Assembly (NCBI GenBank): GCA_028694095.1
Contig: JAQUTZ010000002.1
Location: 9,254 to 33,253, forward strand
Origin: Minisyncoccota bacterium
Lineage (GTDB): Bacteria > Patescibacteriota > Minisyncoccia > Minisyncoccales > MHMH01
Length of the DNA stretch: 24,000 nt
Reading direction: 5' to 3'
Position numbers and translations under genes: made by a program
Notes under the pieces: model-generated
The model's database searches: none
What the model saw: only the letters and a program-made list of their open reading frames with translations
Told to the model about the DNA's origin: nothing
Shown: positions 22,131 to 24,000 of the stretch, piece after piece
How positions within the stretch are numbered: position 1 is the first letter of the stretch
Layout: each line of letters begins with the position of its first letter

Positions 22131-23599
22131 TATAATTTATTTTTGGCTTCTTTAATCCTTTGAAGGGCTTTCTCTTTGCCCAGGACCGCAGCCACCTCAA
22201 AAGGACCAGCTGAAGCCCGCTTTCCCGTCATAGCCGCCCGGAGGGGCCATAAAAGCTTTCCCCTGTCCCCCATTTCCCCGGCTTTTTCCATTAGAACTTT
22301 TTCCAGATTATCTTTATTAAAATCCCCTTCTTTTATATCAGACAATATTTTTTCAGAAATATCAAGAGAGGATTCTATTTCAGACAAACTCATATCCTTC
22401 CATTTTAAAAGCTCTTTATCATATTCTATTTTTTCCTTAAAAAAGAAATCGGCCAATTCGGGCAGCTCAGACAGCTTTTTAAGCCTCTCCTGATACAAGG
22501 AAATTATTTCCTTAATTTTTTCCATATCAACCTCATCTTTTGATATCAGGCCCGCGCCGACAAGATGGGGCAGGCATAGCTCCGCTAATTCGTCCAACGT
22601 CTTCTGTCTTATGTAAAATCCATTAAGGTAATCCAAGCGCTGAATGTTAAAAACCGCTCCCCCTTTCTGCACCTTCTCGATTGAAAAAGCCTTAACAAGC
22701 TCTTTTAGAGAGAATATTTCTTTTTCCGTGTCGGGATTCCAGCCCATAAATGCCATGAAATTGACCATGGCTTCGGGCAGATATCCCTCTTTCTTGTATT
22801 CTGTCAGCGAAACAGCCCCGTGCCTCTTAGAGAGCTTGCTTTTATCGGGGCCTAAAATAAGGGGCAGGTGGGCGTACTGCAACTGCGGTAAACCAAGGGC
22901 TTCCTGTATTAATATTTGTTTTGGAGTATTGGAAATATGGTCTTCTCCGCGAATAACATGGCTGATTTCCATTTCATAATCGTCAATGATCACCGCAAAA
23001 TTATATAAAGGATTATCCAAGTCCTTGGCAATAACAAAATCTCCGAACAGCGAAGAATCAAATTCCACCTCTCCCCTAATTAAATCTTTAAAGGAAACTA
23101 TTCTTGAGGGCGGCTTGAATCTGATTACGGCTTTTTCCCCCTCGGCCATTTTTCTTTCCACTTCGGAAGCGCTTAATCCGGCGCATTTGCCGTTGTATTT
23201 AGGAGCCTCTCCCCTGCTCATTTGATCTTGTTTTTTAGCCTCCAATTCCTCTTCCGTGCAAAAACAGTAATACGCCAGCTTTTCATCTAAAAGTTTTTGC
23301 AGGTATTTCCTGTATGAATCCTTGCGTTCGCTCTGGCGATAGGGAGCAAACTGCCCTCCCGTTCCGGGGCCCTCGTCCCACTCAATACCCAGCCATTTTA
23401 AACCGTCGATAATGTCTTTCTCGTATCTTTCTTCGGATCTTTCCTCATCGGTATCTTCGATTCTTAGGATAAATTCCCCTTTGTTTTTTTTAGCAAAAAG
23501 ATAGTTAAACAGTCCGGTCCTGGCAGTACCGATATGCAGAAAACCGGTTGGCGAAGGAGCCAGTCTTGCCCTTATTTTAGTTTTTTCTTCTTTTGACAT
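22130..23599 (-). CDS. gltX: Glutamyl-tRNA synthetase
   Basis: RARLAPSPTGFLHIGTARTGLFNYLFAKK (HIGH region) and KLSKRHG (KMSKS); 489 aa. Confidence 0.96.
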   Translation of the reverse strand: MSKEEKTKIRARLAPSPTGFLHIGTARTGLFNYLFAKKNKGEFILRIEDTDEERSEERYEKDIIDGLKWLGIEWDEGPGTGGQFAPYRQSERKDSYRKYLQKLLDEKLAYYCFCTEEELEAKKQDQMSRGEAPKYNGKCAGLSASEVERKMAEGEKAVIRFKPPSRIVSFKDLIRGEVEFDSSLFGDFVIAKDLDNPLYNFAVIIDDYEMEISHVIRGEDHISNTPKQILIQEALGLPQLQYAHLPLILGPDKSKLSKRHGAVSLTEYKKEGYLPEAMVNFMAFMGWNPDTEKEIFSLKELVKAFSIEKVQKGGAVFNIQRLDYLNGFYIRQKTLDELAELCLPHLVGAGLISKDEVDMEKIKEIISLYQERLKKLSELPELADFFFKEKIEYDKELLKWKDMSLSEIESSLDISEKILSDIKEGDFNKDNLEKVLMEKAGEMGDRGKLLWPLRAAMTGKRASAGPFEVAAVLGKEKALQRIKEAKNKL

Positions 23600-23627
23600 A
23601 TCGCTCTGATTTCAGTTTAACACGATT

Positions 23628-23650
23628 GCCTTAAAGAAAAAAGCGGCCGA
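23628..23650. terminator. Bidirectional-looking intrinsic terminator after murG
   Basis: AAAAAGCGG-CCGAA-CCGCTTTTT. Confidence 0.65.
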
Positions 23651-23685
23651 ACCGCTTTTTGAAACCCGTATTTTAGCAATAATAT

Positions 23686-24000
23686 CTAGCTTAGTATTCC
23701 CAATATATATTCGGCCACCAATCTAGCGGATTCCGGCTTGGCAAAAGTTTTGGCGTTTTCGGACATTCTTTCCAGTTCCTGGGGATGGGAAAAAAGATTC
23801 TTTAGTCTTTCTAGAAGAAAATGGGGCGCCAGGTTGGCCTCTTCCACCACAATAGCCGCCCTTTTACTTCCGTAAATGTAAGCGTTCTTTACCTGGTGGT
23901 CCTGAGCCGAGTTGGCTAAGGGAATCAGAACGCTCGGCTTGCCGACAGCGGCAATCTCAAAAATACTGCCCGATCCCGCCCGGCTGATTACCATGTCGAT
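23686..24000 (-). CDS. murG: MurG (undecaprenyldiphospho-muramoylpentapeptide beta-N-acetylglucosaminyltransferase), C-terminal part; 5' end off-window
   Basis: IDMVISRAGSGSIFEIAAVGKPSVLIPLANSAQDHQVKNA is the conserved MurG C-terminal domain. The frame is open to nt 24000. Confidence 0.88.
   Translation of the reverse strand: MDMVISRAGSGSIFEIAAVGKPSVLIPLANSAQDHQVKNAYIYGSKRAAIVVEEANLAPHFLLERLKNLFSHPQELERMSENAKTFAKPESARLVAEYILGILS

Noticed and set aside
1-24000. CRISPR arrays, rRNA genes, transposases/IS elements, reverse transcriptases (DGR/retron) and known defence-system cores.
   Set aside because: No regularly spaced direct repeats, rRNA-like segments, DDE/HUH transposase motifs or RT motifs were seen in any frame. 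The only recombinase is a Xer-family tyrosine recombinase.

Overview
This is a bacterial chromosomal window of compact, short, moderately AT-rich genes with many intrinsic terminators. The gene content suggests a small-genome Patescibacteria/CPR-like organism, but that is inference only. The left 8 kb and right 2.3 kb are housekeeping or envelope genes. They comprise a 5'-truncated cohesin-like surface protein, a secreted CARDB plus thrombospondin-type-3 calcium-repeat protein, an S41 C-terminal protease, rplI, pyrG, rpmA, uppS, gltX and a 5'-truncated murG (N-terminus off-window). Positions 9.3-14.8 kb hold a tight oxygen/iron/copper stress block: an EncFtn-like mini-ferritin, an FMN reductase, Fe/Mn superoxide dismutase and a hemerythrin-like protein in one operon, then a CopB-type Cu ATPase, a SIMPL/DUF541 protein and a membrane-anchored protein. 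Positions 14.8-21.7 kb form a mosaic accessory-looking patch of mostly monocistronic units with their own promoters and bidirectional terminators. It contains two orphan proteins, a CYTH + P-loop kinase fusion, a tRNA-Cys(GCA), an acidic orphan protein, two overlapping GNAT acetyltransferases, a divergent isochorismatase-like protein and a XerC/D-family recombinase. The most unusual signals sit in the ~620 nt after the tRNA. (1) The tRNA-Cys appears to have an 8-nt anticodon loop. (2) A strongly SD-led mini-ORF has an in-frame TGA at the first Cys position of a CxxC-x10-CxxC pattern, and a hairpin starts 11 nt downstream of it (SECIS-like geometry). (3) A promoter-to-terminator structured leader or sRNA carries a duplicated SD-containing module, a 6-codon mini-ORF and a single anti-SD heptamer. 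No CRISPR array, rRNA, transposase or recognisable defence system was seen. All calls come from reading the sequence and translations by eye, and no database search was possible.
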